From contig OZ241983.1 of the NCBI GenBank assembly GCA_965204355.1, positions 5,957,088 to 6,021,087 of the forward strand: 64,000 bases of DNA, in the 5' to 3' direction. The notes beneath the pieces were generated by a model. It was not told the DNA's origin and did no database searches. It worked only from the letters and a program-made list of their open reading frames with translations. Shown piece after piece: positions 8,922-17,941 of this stretch. The stretch's first letter is position 1. Each line of letters starts with the position of its first letter. The stretch comes from Candidatus Poribacteria bacterium. GTDB lineage: Bacteria > Poribacteria > WGA-4E > PCPOR2b. Both the position numbers and the translations under genes were made by a program.

Positions 8922-9038
8922 GCACCGGAAACTTGTGCAATCGTCGGGAATTGGAATTCCCTCCTACAAAAAACATACGGTAGGAGCGATCTCCGAATCG
9001 CGACTAGCTTGACTATGGCTAACTAGCAACTTAGGTTA
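8894..9038. mobile_element. MITE-like repeat, family 2, copy 1
   Basis: 145-bp unit TAACGCAAGTTGCTAGTT...AACTAGCAACTTAGGTTA with imperfect TIRs and internal hairpin CTCCTAC(A6)CATACGGTAGGAG; near-identical copies at 19558-19702 and 51249-51394. Confidence 0.85.
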
Positions 9039-9171
9039 TTATATCACAATGAATACGGCAAAGCGATACCGTGTCTGAGTTCTGAGAAAGTTGATTTTTT
9101 CCTTTCAATTTATCTAATTATCGCCTAAAATAGGGTGGTCGCGTTAGAGCGTGTAGAAAGGAAACACAAGT

Positions 9172-10107
9172 ATGACACGAGACATTATTCCAGACCGGAT
9201 CAAGCAAGTTGACCCAGAGCAGTTAAGGCGTAATTTGTTCTATCTGTCGAAAACACCCCTGCCCTATCGGAAGTTGAATTATACTATCCCCGGTCACGCT
9301 ACAAACACTTTGTACGAAGCCGACGATTTTATCCAACGAAACCTTGAATCGTGGGGATATCCGGTGGAGAAGGAAGGTGTTCAAGTCCAACCATTTGGTT
9401 GTGATACGTCTAAGCCAAAAGCACACCAATACGCTCCGCCGACTTCTGATACACTCTGGTATACTGCCTATAACCTTTATGCGAAAAAGCAGGGATCCGT
9501 TTATCCCGAAGAGATTATCCTGTTTCTTTCGCATAAGGATTCCCAAAGCTGGGTGGATTCCCCTGGGGCTTATGACAACGCAGCCGGTACGGTAGGAACG
9601 ATGGAAATAGCACGTATTTTGAAAGATTACCGCTCGCAACGGTCTATCTGGTTTCTGTTCTGTAACGAAGAACATAAGCCTTGGACCAGTGTGACAGCGG
9701 CGCAAAACGCGAAAGCGCGAGGCGATAATCTGGTCGCTATTTTCAATCTGGATTCCTTGGGGGGCAAATCGCAGGCGGATATTGATGCGGGCCACCGGAC
9801 AAACGTAACCCTTTACACGAAACCTGAAGGTGAGCGTTTTGCCGATCTGATGGGGGATGTGAACAAAATTTACGACATCGGATTAATACAGGAAAAGTTT
9901 CAGCGACAATCCCCCGGCGATGATGACGGCTCTTATATTAACGCGGGTTATCCGATAGCGGTGGCAAATCTGGGTTCATTCCCTTACGTCGATCCAAATT
10001 ACCACAGAGAAACAGATATCCCTGAACATGTCGATATCCCCAATGTGTGCATGGGAACGCAGGTAAGTCTCGCCGCTGGATTGAGAGTAGACCGCGGCGC
10101 AATATAA
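9172..10107 (+). CDS. M28-family Zn-dependent peptidase
   Basis: LFLSHKDS...GAYDNAAGTVGTMEIARIL resembles M28 His/Asp metal-ligand motifs. Confidence 0.5.
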   Translation: MTRDIIPDRIKQVDPEQLRRNLFYLSKTPLPYRKLNYTIPGHATNTLYEADDFIQRNLESWGYPVEKEGVQVQPFGCDTSKPKAHQYAPPTSDTLWYTAYNLYAKKQGSVYPEEIILFLSHKDSQSWVDSPGAYDNAAGTVGTMEIARILKDYRSQRSIWFLFCNEEHKPWTSVTAAQNAKARGDNLVAIFNLDSLGGKSQADIDAGHRTNVTLYTKPEGERFADLMGDVNKIYDIGLIQEKFQRQSPGDDDGSYINAGYPIAVANLGSFPYVDPNYHRETDIPEHVDIPNVCMGTQVSLAAGLRVDRGAI

Positions 10108-10204
10108 CTGGGGCGTCGTTGTATTGGAAGTCAAGCGTTCAGGAGTTCATTCGTTCATAGGTGTCATTTATGCTTTACGTTTCATACAATTGGAGGTAAA
10201 AACA

Positions 10205-11149
10205 ATGATGAAAATATCCGTCTGGGACGGAGGTCTCACGGACAGTTATCTGAAGCAGGTTACGCAGTTAGGCGCAGACTGCATCGATTTTGGTGGTGGC
10301 AATTCTTTCCCCGGCGTCGAAGAACAGGGTTATCCAGATCTGGATGAAGTCATCAAAATTAGAAAGCGAATCCGTTCTTGGGGACTCGACATTAACCGTG
10401 TGACCCTGCCCGACATCACTGAAACATTTATGAAAGGGCTGCCGGGCGCAGAAAAAGAGCTGGAAAACACCTGTAACGCCCTGAAGGTTTTCGCGGAGGC
10501 AGGCGTCCCCATCGCAAGGCAGCGATTCTGGGGCGACACCTTTAACGAAATAATGACCCGCTACAATTCCGAGCATCGCGGTGGCTACCTATCACGCGGG
10601 GAGAGTCGTGGATTGACGGTCGCCCCTCCCGAAACACCAAACTTTGAGGAACTCGAAGAGTGGTGGAAACGCTTCTGCGAGGTCTACGGACATCTCGTGC
10701 CCATCGCCGAAGAGCACGATATCAATCTCGCCATCCATCCTTCCGACACCCCCAACCCCGATACGCCTTTGGGAAGTCTGGGCTTCCATCGCGTGATTGA
10801 CGCCTTTCCCAGCAGAAATGTTGGATACCTCTATTGTTGCGGCACCAGAGGTGAGGCGGGCAGCACGCCCCTCGTTCTCGACGAGATCAACAACTACGGT
10901 CGTAAAGGCAAGATTTTTATGGTGCATTTACGCAATGTCCGAGGGAGTCTCGCGACAGCCGGTGCCTTTGAGGAGGTCCTCCTAGACGACGGCGACATGA
11001 ATATGTTCAAAATCGTGCTGGAACTGCGTAAGGTCGGATTTGACGGATGCCTCAACCCCGACCATATCCCCCGCATGGAGGGTGATGACGGATTGGCATA
11101 TTCGGTTGGGTACATCAAAGCGTTGTTCGCTGCGCTTTCAGTTGTCTAG
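10205..11149 (+). CDS. xylose-isomerase-like TIM-barrel protein, mannonate dehydratase (UxuA)-like
   Basis: FMVHLRNVRG and NPDHIPRMEGD resemble UxuA signature regions; ATG 10205 preceded by GGAGGT. Confidence 0.45.
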   Translation: MMKISVWDGGLTDSYLKQVTQLGADCIDFGGGNSFPGVEEQGYPDLDEVIKIRKRIRSWGLDINRVTLPDITETFMKGLPGAEKELENTCNALKVFAEAGVPIARQRFWGDTFNEIMTRYNSEHRGGYLSRGESRGLTVAPPETPNFEELEEWWKRFCEVYGHLVPIAEEHDINLAIHPSDTPNPDTPLGSLGFHRVIDAFPSRNVGYLYCCGTRGEAGSTPLVLDEINNYGRKGKIFMVHLRNVRGSLATAGAFEEVLLDDGDMNMFKIVLELRKVGFDGCLNPDHIPRMEGDDGLAYSVGYIKALFAALSVV

Positions 11150-11254
11150 GGTGTGCTGCTACGGGTGAGCAAGCGGGTGAGGAACTGGTGATGAAATTGA
11201 CACTCCAGTGAAGGAATTCTACCTAAATCTCAAGCATAGGCAGAGGAGGGCATT

Positions 11255-12289
11255 ATGAACTTCTATCACGGTACCACCTTACGGAATGCGATTAGAATTG
11301 CCGAGATGGGGTTTCTCCCACGGAAGGGTGCGGTTTGGTTCACCACGAGTAAGAACCGTGCCCAACGTCGCGCTAAGCAAAAAACACGTAAGACCGACAG
11401 CCCACCGTTTGTCTTTAACTGCGAGATCAATGTCCAAGAATTGTCTAACTGTCTTGGAAAAAATCTCGTTATGCGCAGCAAGGGATTTCTTGCTATCCGT
11501 AGACGCGTCCCACCAACGGTGATACTGAATTCGTCCGAACTTATTGTTAGGTGGGTAAGCCAGATACTCCACGGCGAATCCTATGAGAATATTAGTCCGC
11601 ATCACCCCGGGATCAATCGGTTGGCGCGATGGGTGGAAAACCGCGTGAACGCCGGCACGGATAGTGCCATTCGTCCAAAGGAACTGTCGCAGCGGCTACA
11701 GCAATGGTTGCCCGATTTTTTTCGAGGTGCCAAGATTATACCAGAAAATTTACGCTTCGACTATTCTCCTGAACTCGTTGAGATTGAAACAGAACCTTTA
11801 ACAGAACCGGTCGATTCACAGGAAGACAATGCACTTGATGCCCTCGTCCACGCGAAACCGAAACGACGCATCCGCGGTCTTGAACTGCTAACACAGCTTG
11901 AACATGAAGATCTATATGAATGGTGCACGCTGCTGCTCTTGGATGAATCAGAAGAGGTTCGCATTGCCGCCTTACAAACGATAGTCCATTGCGACAACGG
12001 AGACCCGGAGGTCATCCTACCATTCGCCGAATCGGAAAATAAACGGATTCGGGCCGCAGCGATTGCCGCACTTGCCAAGCATTCCGTCGAAGACGCACCT
12101 CTCTGGTTTGAACGAGGCTTGAAAGACCGTGAAGCGTGCGTACGCCTTGAAACCGCCACCCTGCTTTCAACACTGGATGCAATCGAACACCGGGGGATTT
12201 TTGAACTTGCACTTTATGACCCCAACCCTTCAATTAAACACCTTGCAGAAAAACTCACTGCTGGAAAAGGTTATGCGGATGCTCGGTGA
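11255..12289 (+). CDS. Tpt1/KptA-like (ADP-ribosyltransferase-fold) N-terminal domain fused to HEAT/PBS-lyase repeats
   Basis: FYHGTTLRNAIRIAEMGFLPRKGAVWFTTS aligns with KptA [29 protein letters not shown]; C-terminal repeats EVRIAALQ / KRIRAAAIAALAK / ACVRLETATLL. Confidence 0.45.
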   Translation: MNFYHGTTLRNAIRIAEMGFLPRKGAVWFTTSKNRAQRRAKQKTRKTDSPPFVFNCEINVQELSNCLGKNLVMRSKGFLAIRRRVPPTVILNSSELIVRWVSQILHGESYENISPHHPGINRLARWVENRVNAGTDSAIRPKELSQRLQQWLPDFFRGAKIIPENLRFDYSPELVEIETEPLTEPVDSQEDNALDALVHAKPKRRIRGLELLTQLEHEDLYEWCTLLLLDESEEVRIAALQTIVHCDNGDPEVILPFAESENKRIRAAAIAALAKHSVEDAPLWFERGLKDREACVRLETATLLSTLDAIEHRGIFELALYDPNPSIKHLAEKLTAGKGYADAR

Positions 12290-12296
12290 CAGCAAA

Positions 12297-12322
12297 GTAG
12301 GGAACAACGATCGTTGTTCCCT
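12297..12322. repeat. 26-nt perfect palindrome TAGGGAACAACGATCGTTGTTCCCTA (member of recurrent gene-end palindrome family)
   Basis: read directly; related palindromes at 17914-17941 and 27841-27868. Confidence 0.8.
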
Positions 12323-12329
12323 ACGAAAG

Positions 12330-12410
12330 CGAACTCTTTGCTCAATCTGCGATTCAGATAATAATCCTGTTAATCCTTGAATCCGGTATATCCTGATTCA
12401 GACATTCATT
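12330..12410. repeat. collapsed fragment related to family-1 repeat (inverted)
   Basis: reverse complement matches family-1 segments TGTCTGAATCAGGAT... and ...TCTGAATCGCAGATTG. Confidence 0.5.
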
Positions 12411-12453
12411 CTACAAGTACCATCTCAACTAACAACAATAAGGAGCATAAAAT

Positions 12454-13206
12454 ATGAAACTTAGACCGAATCGAATTAAGCATAAATTGGCTGCAGGTGA
12501 TACCGTCTATGTAGCTGGTGGTATGACCCACCCGGATGACATCGATGCTTTCGGACCTAATGGATTCGACGGCGTTTGGCTGGAAGGCGAGCATGGTCCC
12601 GTGGATGCTGCCGAGCTCGGCAACCTCACCCGTGCCTGCGATATCTGGGGGATGACCTCTGTTGTTCGCATCAACCAAAACGATCAGGGGCTGATTTATC
12701 GCACTCTCGATCGAGGCGCTCAGGGCATCGTCGTCCCACACGTCAACACAAAGGAAGAGGCACAGAACCTAGTCGACGGCGGTAAGTTCGCCCCTATCGG
12801 TTACCGGGGTATGTATACCAGTCGTCAGGGATACGCCGTTCCCGATTATCTCCAAGTAGCCAACGATGAGACGCTGCTGATCATCCTAATCGAAGATATC
12901 GTCGCTGTCAGAAACCTTGACGAGATCCTAACGGTAGACCACATTGATGTATTTTTCGTTGCACCGTCAGATCTAGCGACCTCGATGGGGCACATCGGTG
13001 AACTTCAGCACCCCGACGTACTACACACAATTGACGACACGTTAGCTCGCATCCAAGACGCTGGACGTGTCGCCGGTACACTTGCAAATAACGACAATGT
13101 GGCGAAATACGCTGCGGCAGGCATCCGCTTCCTATTCACTAGTGTTGGGGGATGGATCTCGGCTGGTGCTGCCGAGTTCAGAAGCCGTGCGGAAGAAGCG
13201 AAATAA
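12454..13206 (+). CDS. HpcH/HpaI-family 2-keto-3-deoxy-sugar-acid aldolase
   Basis: aldolase/citrate-lyase family hallmarks (VRINQND..., IILIEDIVAVRNLDEIL, FVAPSDLATSMG). Confidence 0.7.
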   Translation: MKLRPNRIKHKLAAGDTVYVAGGMTHPDDIDAFGPNGFDGVWLEGEHGPVDAAELGNLTRACDIWGMTSVVRINQNDQGLIYRTLDRGAQGIVVPHVNTKEEAQNLVDGGKFAPIGYRGMYTSRQGYAVPDYLQVANDETLLIILIEDIVAVRNLDEILTVDHIDVFFVAPSDLATSMGHIGELQHPDVLHTIDDTLARIQDAGRVAGTLANNDNVAKYAAAGIRFLFTSVGGWISAGAAEFRSRAEEAK

Positions 13207-13246
13207 CATAAATTCACTAGAAGATACTAAAGTTTAGACAATTTTC

Positions 13247-13497
13247 CGTAGGTTGGGTTGAACGGAATCCCACAGCCAAACGGTATCAACATAAAGAAAC
13301 CTACCCGTGCCGAGATATGTCCGTCGCAGAAAAAACAAGAGAAACCCAACACCCACAGCAGTTCTGATAGGCGCCACTGTCAAATACCTCCGAAGTTGGG
13401 TTTCACTCACGCTCACAGCACAATGAGATGGCGTGGGGTAGCCCATCTTTTAGATTGATGAAACGCATGTGTTGGGCTGCGTTCAACCCAACCTACG
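13247..13497. repeat. TIR-bounded intergenic element (perfect 18-bp inverted repeats CGTAGGTTGGGTTGAACG ... CGTTCAACCCAACCTACG)
   Basis: perfect IR 215 bp apart between aldolase and dehydratase genes; internal partial copies of GTTGGG motif. Confidence 0.6.
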
Positions 13498-13628
13498 CGC
13501 TGGCGTATCGTTTTTTCTGCAAGTTAGGTATTGGGCAAAATAGACAGAAAAATCGAAGAACGCTTGACAATGTTACTTGCAATGCAACACAAATTGTCCA
13601 AACTACAGTAGAAGATAGGAGCTAAACG

Positions 13629-14801
13629 ATGAAAATAACCGGTGTTACACCGTGGCTCGTTACATCACAGTCCCCCTACCTAGATACCGCCGGTGAAACC
13701 CCCGGCAGCGAACGGGAGTATATCTTCGTCGCGGTCTCAACCGACGAAGGCATTACCGGATGGGGTGAAATCACTGGCTACTCCTCGGTAGCAAATAGAG
13801 CGATCTGTGCCATGCTTGCACAGACCAGTAGTCTGATCGAAGGCGACGATGCAACGCGCATCGAGATGATATGGAACAAGGTCTTCCGCGCGTTCACGTA
13901 CACGGGAACACGGGGTGCCACATCAAACATCGTCAGTGCCATTGACATCGCATTGTGGGATATTCGCGGTAAGCAGTTGGGATTACCAATCTATGAACTG
14001 GTTGGAGGAGGACCGGTTCGGGACTCGATATCCCTTTACACGCATCCAGGGGGCGGAGGGGATCCAGAGACTGCAGCAGCGCACTGCAAAGCGATTGCAG
14101 AGACCGGTCACACCGCTTTGAAGACCGACCCGTTCCCTCACCACCCGGAGGAGGCTAACGGCTATCTGAGTGGGCAGATGGACGCCGCCGGGGAAGAACA
14201 GGGCGCGAATGTGATCGCTGCTATTCGGGAGGCTGTGGGACCCAACATTCAGATTCTCATCGACTGCCACGGTCGGTTTGATGTAGCAACAGCAATTCGG
14301 CTTGCGAAAAGGTTGGAGCCTTACAATATCGGCTGGTTTGAAGAGCCGGTCCCTGTCGAAAGCTACCACGCACTGAAGCAGGTCAGGCAGAATGTCAGCG
14401 TGCCAATCTGCGTCGGTGAGCGGCTCCAGACCCGCTATGAGTTCGTGGCAGTCCTTGAGAACGAACTTGCGGACTATATTATGCCAGATGTGACGTGGGC
14501 GGGTGGTATTTCCGAATTGAAGAAGATCGCAACGCAGGCGGAGGCTTACTACGTGCCGATCTCCCCACACGATGCAAGTGGACCCATCAATGTGCTGGCT
14601 GGCGCACATACGATGATGACCGTCCCAAATTTCTACAAATTGGAGACCAGTCGCGCCAAACTCAATGCTTATGATGTGTTAATCGACCATCCGTTGGACG
14701 TTAGAGACGGTTGTCTGCATCTGTCCAACCGCCCCGGTTTGGGAATCGAGATGAACGTCGATTATCTGCGGAGTAAAGCGATCGCGCCGTTTTCCGGCTG
14801 A
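13629..14801 (+). CDS. enolase-superfamily (mandelate racemase/MLE) sugar-acid dehydratase, galactonate/rhamnonate-dehydratase-like
   Basis: MR/MLE N-terminal capping domain plus TIM barrel with metal ligands (IDCHGRF, EEP, GERL). Confidence 0.7.
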   Translation: MKITGVTPWLVTSQSPYLDTAGETPGSEREYIFVAVSTDEGITGWGEITGYSSVANRAICAMLAQTSSLIEGDDATRIEMIWNKVFRAFTYTGTRGATSNIVSAIDIALWDIRGKQLGLPIYELVGGGPVRDSISLYTHPGGGGDPETAAAHCKAIAETGHTALKTDPFPHHPEEANGYLSGQMDAAGEEQGANVIAAIREAVGPNIQILIDCHGRFDVATAIRLAKRLEPYNIGWFEEPVPVESYHALKQVRQNVSVPICVGERLQTRYEFVAVLENELADYIMPDVTWAGGISELKKIATQAEAYYVPISPHDASGPINVLAGAHTMMTVPNFYKLETSRAKLNAYDVLIDHPLDVRDGCLHLSNRPGLGIEMNVDYLRSKAIAPFSG

Positions 14802-14945
14802 ACCACGATAAAATTGACCCTTATCCCCGTAGGTCGGGCATCCCCGGTCACGGGCCTGCTCTCGATTCATCGGAGATCCTCTCGGACTTGCCCGACTTTC
14901 AAAACCCGAGTTATACCAATTCTGGTTTAAGAAGGACCCAACAAC

Positions 14946-17732
14946 GTGCGCCTGTCATGGAATGAAATCCGCGCCCGCGCCGCTGTATTCGCTCAGGAAT
15001 GGGCAGACGCAGGCTACGAAAGAGGACAAACCCACCTGTTCTATCAGGAATTTTTCGCCATCTTTGACCTACCCGTGCGACGGGTCGCGACGTTTGAGGA
15101 GCCCGTTAAACTGCTCGGCGATAGGCGGGGGTTTATCGATCTGTTTTGGAAAGGCGTGCTCCTCGTTGAGCAGAAAAGTGAGGGACGCGACTTAACCCAA
15201 GCCAGAGAGCAAGCGTTCTCCTACTTCTCCGGTCTCAACGACGCTGACCTACCGCGCTACCTTCTGTTAAGCGATTTTCAGACCTTTGAACTATACGACC
15301 TCGACGAAGATGAAAGTGTCGCTTTTACTCTCGCTGAACTGCCCCAACATGTCGAAAAGTTCAGCTTCATCTTAGGCGTACAGAAACGATCCTTCAGGGA
15401 TCAAGATCCAGTCAATATCGAAGCCTCCGAACGCGTTGGGCAACTCCACGATGCACTGGCAGACGCCGGCTACACGGGGCACGATCTAGAACAGTTCCTG
15501 GTCCGCATCGTCTTCTGTTTCTTTGCCGACGACACCGGCATCTTTGAGCCACGTGACATTTTTCTCGATTTGTTAGAGAACCGGACACAGGAAGATGGCT
15601 CAGACCTCGGCGGTTGGTTAGCGCAACTCTTTCAAGTGCTCAACACACCCGTAGACCGCCGCTCCACAATCCTTGATGAAGACCTCGCCCGCTTCCCCTA
15701 CGTCAACGGCGATCTGTTCCGCGAACAACTGCTCATCCCATCATTCAATCCCGAAATGCGTCAACGACTCATTGATGCCTGTCATTTCAACTGGTCCGAA
15801 ATCTCCCCGGCAATTTTCGGCTCACTCTTTCAATCGGTGATGGATAAGGATGAACGCCGCGCCCAAGGCGCACACTACACTACTGAAAAGAACATCCTCA
15901 AGGTAATTGAGCCGCTGTTCCTTGACGAGTTACGCGCCGAATTCCAACGTCTTCAATCCCGCAGGGACAATCGTCGTCTCCCCGACCTTATTGCCTTTCA
16001 GCAGAAACTCGGCCGGTTGCGTTTTTTTGATCCAGCGTGTGGTTGCGGCAACTTCCTCATCATTGCGTATCGTGAGCTGCGGACATTGGAAATCGAAGTG
16101 TTAAAGGAGAGGCGGCCCCACGGTCAACTTGACCTACTGGCGCAATCGCTTTCGGTGGTCGATGTAGATGCGTTCTACGGGATTGAGTTAGGTGAGTTTC
16201 CCGCACATATCGCGGAGGTTGCCCTGTGGATGATGGACCATATCATGAACAACCGCTTGAGTTTGGAGTTTGGTCAGACCTATGCGCGTATTCCACTGGA
16301 AAAGTCTCCACATATCAGGGGTGATGACGCGCTGGAGTTTGATTGGGCGGAACTACTGCCGCCGGGGGAATGTTCCTACGTGCTCGGCAATCCACCGTTT
16401 GTAGGGGCAAAACTCCAATCGCCTCAACAGCGCGAACAGGTCCGCCGTATCGCTGCCCTAGGGGGAAGTGGTGGCACCCTCGATTATGTAGCAGCGTGGT
16501 TTATCAAGGCGGGTGAATACATCCAACAAAGCGAGGCACGAATCGGCTTTGTGGCGACCAATTCCATCACCCAAGGCGAACAGGTAGCGCAGCTGTGGCC
16601 CCTCCTGTTTGACCGTTGCAAATTAGAGATTGCTTTTGCTCATCGCACCTTTGCGTGGGGTTCGGACGCCCGCGGGGTGGCGCATGTTCACGTTGTCATC
16701 ATCGGGTTGGTAAAACAGGGGGCCGCGCTGCGGGAAAAGCGATTATTTTCCTACAACACCCCCAAAGATGAACCGCATGAAAGCCATCACGCCGCCCTTT
16801 CGCCCTACCTATTTGATGCCGGTGGATTGACCGATTCACGGATTGTTGTAAAGGAAGAGTCTCAACAAATCAATGGACTGCCGAAGTTAATCATCGGCTC
16901 TAAACCCATTGATGGGGGACACTACATTTTCAAAGCCGACGAACGCGCTGCCTTTCTGCACCAAGAGCCCAACGCGGAACCGTACCTGCGCCCCTACGTG
17001 GGAAGTCGCGAGTTTCTACAGGGCGGGGAACGTTGGATACTGTGCTTGGCTAACATAGCACCTCAAGTGCTGAGGACGCTGCCAAAGGTCCGTGAGCGTG
17101 TTGCCTCTGTCCGCGCCTACCGGCTATCGAGCAGGAGCAGACCTACTCAAGCACTTGCTGAGACACCAACGCTCTACCATGTCAACGTTGTCCCAGATAC
17201 ACCGTTTTTAGTTGTGCCAGAAGTCAGTTCTGAAAGACGAGACTACATTCCAATTGGGTGGTTAGAGCCTCCCGTGATTCCGAGCAACAAGATACGCATA
17301 TTACCAAATGCCACACTTTGGCAGTTTGGACTCCTCACATCTGCAATGCACATGGCGTGGGTTAGAAATATCGGTGGGAGGCTTAAAAGCGACTTTTCAT
17401 ACGGGATCGGCATTATTTATAACACCTTCCCGATGCCCCCTGTCCCCGCGGAACGGTTGGAACGCCTCACGTCTTACGCGGACGCTGTCCTCGCTGCCCG
17501 CGCTGCCCATCCCGACGCGACTTTGGCGGACCTTTACGACCCCGATCTGATGCCCCCCAATCTCCGCAGGGCACACCGCGCCTTGGACAGTGCCGTTGAT
17601 AAGCTCTATCGGCGTTCGGGATTTGCCTCGGATCGTGAGCGCGTGGAGCACCTGCTCGGTTTGTATGAAAAAATGATCGCCCCATTGGCAGCAAACATCA
17701 AGCCGAAACGGAGGCGACGACGGCGGAGATAG
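14946..17732 (+). CDS. Type IIL restriction-modification enzyme, MmeI family (endonuclease + N6-adenine MTase + TRD in one polypeptide)
   Basis: N-terminal PD-(D/E)xK (IDLFWKGVLLVEQK), motif I FFDPACGCGNFLI, motif IV GNPPFVG, size 928 aa like MmeI; poly-Arg C-terminus. Confidence 0.85.
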   Translation: MRLSWNEIRARAAVFAQEWADAGYERGQTHLFYQEFFAIFDLPVRRVATFEEPVKLLGDRRGFIDLFWKGVLLVEQKSEGRDLTQAREQAFSYFSGLNDADLPRYLLLSDFQTFELYDLDEDESVAFTLAELPQHVEKFSFILGVQKRSFRDQDPVNIEASERVGQLHDALADAGYTGHDLEQFLVRIVFCFFADDTGIFEPRDIFLDLLENRTQEDGSDLGGWLAQLFQVLNTPVDRRSTILDEDLARFPYVNGDLFREQLLIPSFNPEMRQRLIDACHFNWSEISPAIFGSLFQSVMDKDERRAQGAHYTTEKNILKVIEPLFLDELRAEFQRLQSRRDNRRLPDLIAFQQKLGRLRFFDPACGCGNFLIIAYRELRTLEIEVLKERRPHGQLDLLAQSLSVVDVDAFYGIELGEFPAHIAEVALWMMDHIMNNRLSLEFGQTYARIPLEKSPHIRGDDALEFDWAELLPPGECSYVLGNPPFVGAKLQSPQQREQVRRIAALGGSGGTLDYVAAWFIKAGEYIQQSEARIGFVATNSITQGEQVAQLWPLLFDRCKLEIAFAHRTFAWGSDARGVAHVHVVIIGLVKQGAALREKRLFSYNTPKDEPHESHHAALSPYLFDAGGLTDSRIVVKEESQQINGLPKLIIGSKPIDGGHYIFKADERAAFLHQEPNAEPYLRPYVGSREFLQGGERWILCLANIAPQVLRTLPKVRERVASVRAYRLSSRSRPTQALAETPTLYHVNVVPDTPFLVVPEVSSERRDYIPIGWLEPPVIPSNKIRILPNATLWQFGLLTSAMHMAWVRNIGGRLKSDFSYGIGIIYNTFPMPPVPAERLERLTSYADAVLAARAAHPDATLADLYDPDLMPPNLRRAHRALDSAVDKLYRRSGFASDRERVEHLLGLYEKMIAPLAANIKPKRRRRRRR

Positions 17733-17913
17733 GAAGACGAGATCAGCATATCAAGAAACACTAGGGGAATTGCATGTAGATATTGTGTAATACCGATTTT
17801 GTAGCACGATCTGTTAGATTGTGATCTGATCCCGCAAACGCTGCTTGTGGATGCCCACTGTTTTGTGTCCGAATCATGTTACAAAATTATTCAGAAACGG
17901 TATTATTTCGTAG

Positions 17914-17941
17914 GGAACGCAGATCTGTGTTCCCTACATCA
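17914..17941. repeat. near-perfect palindrome GTAGGGAACGCAGATCTGTGTTCCCTAC between convergent genes
   Basis: read directly; likely bidirectional terminator/REP-like. Confidence 0.7.
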
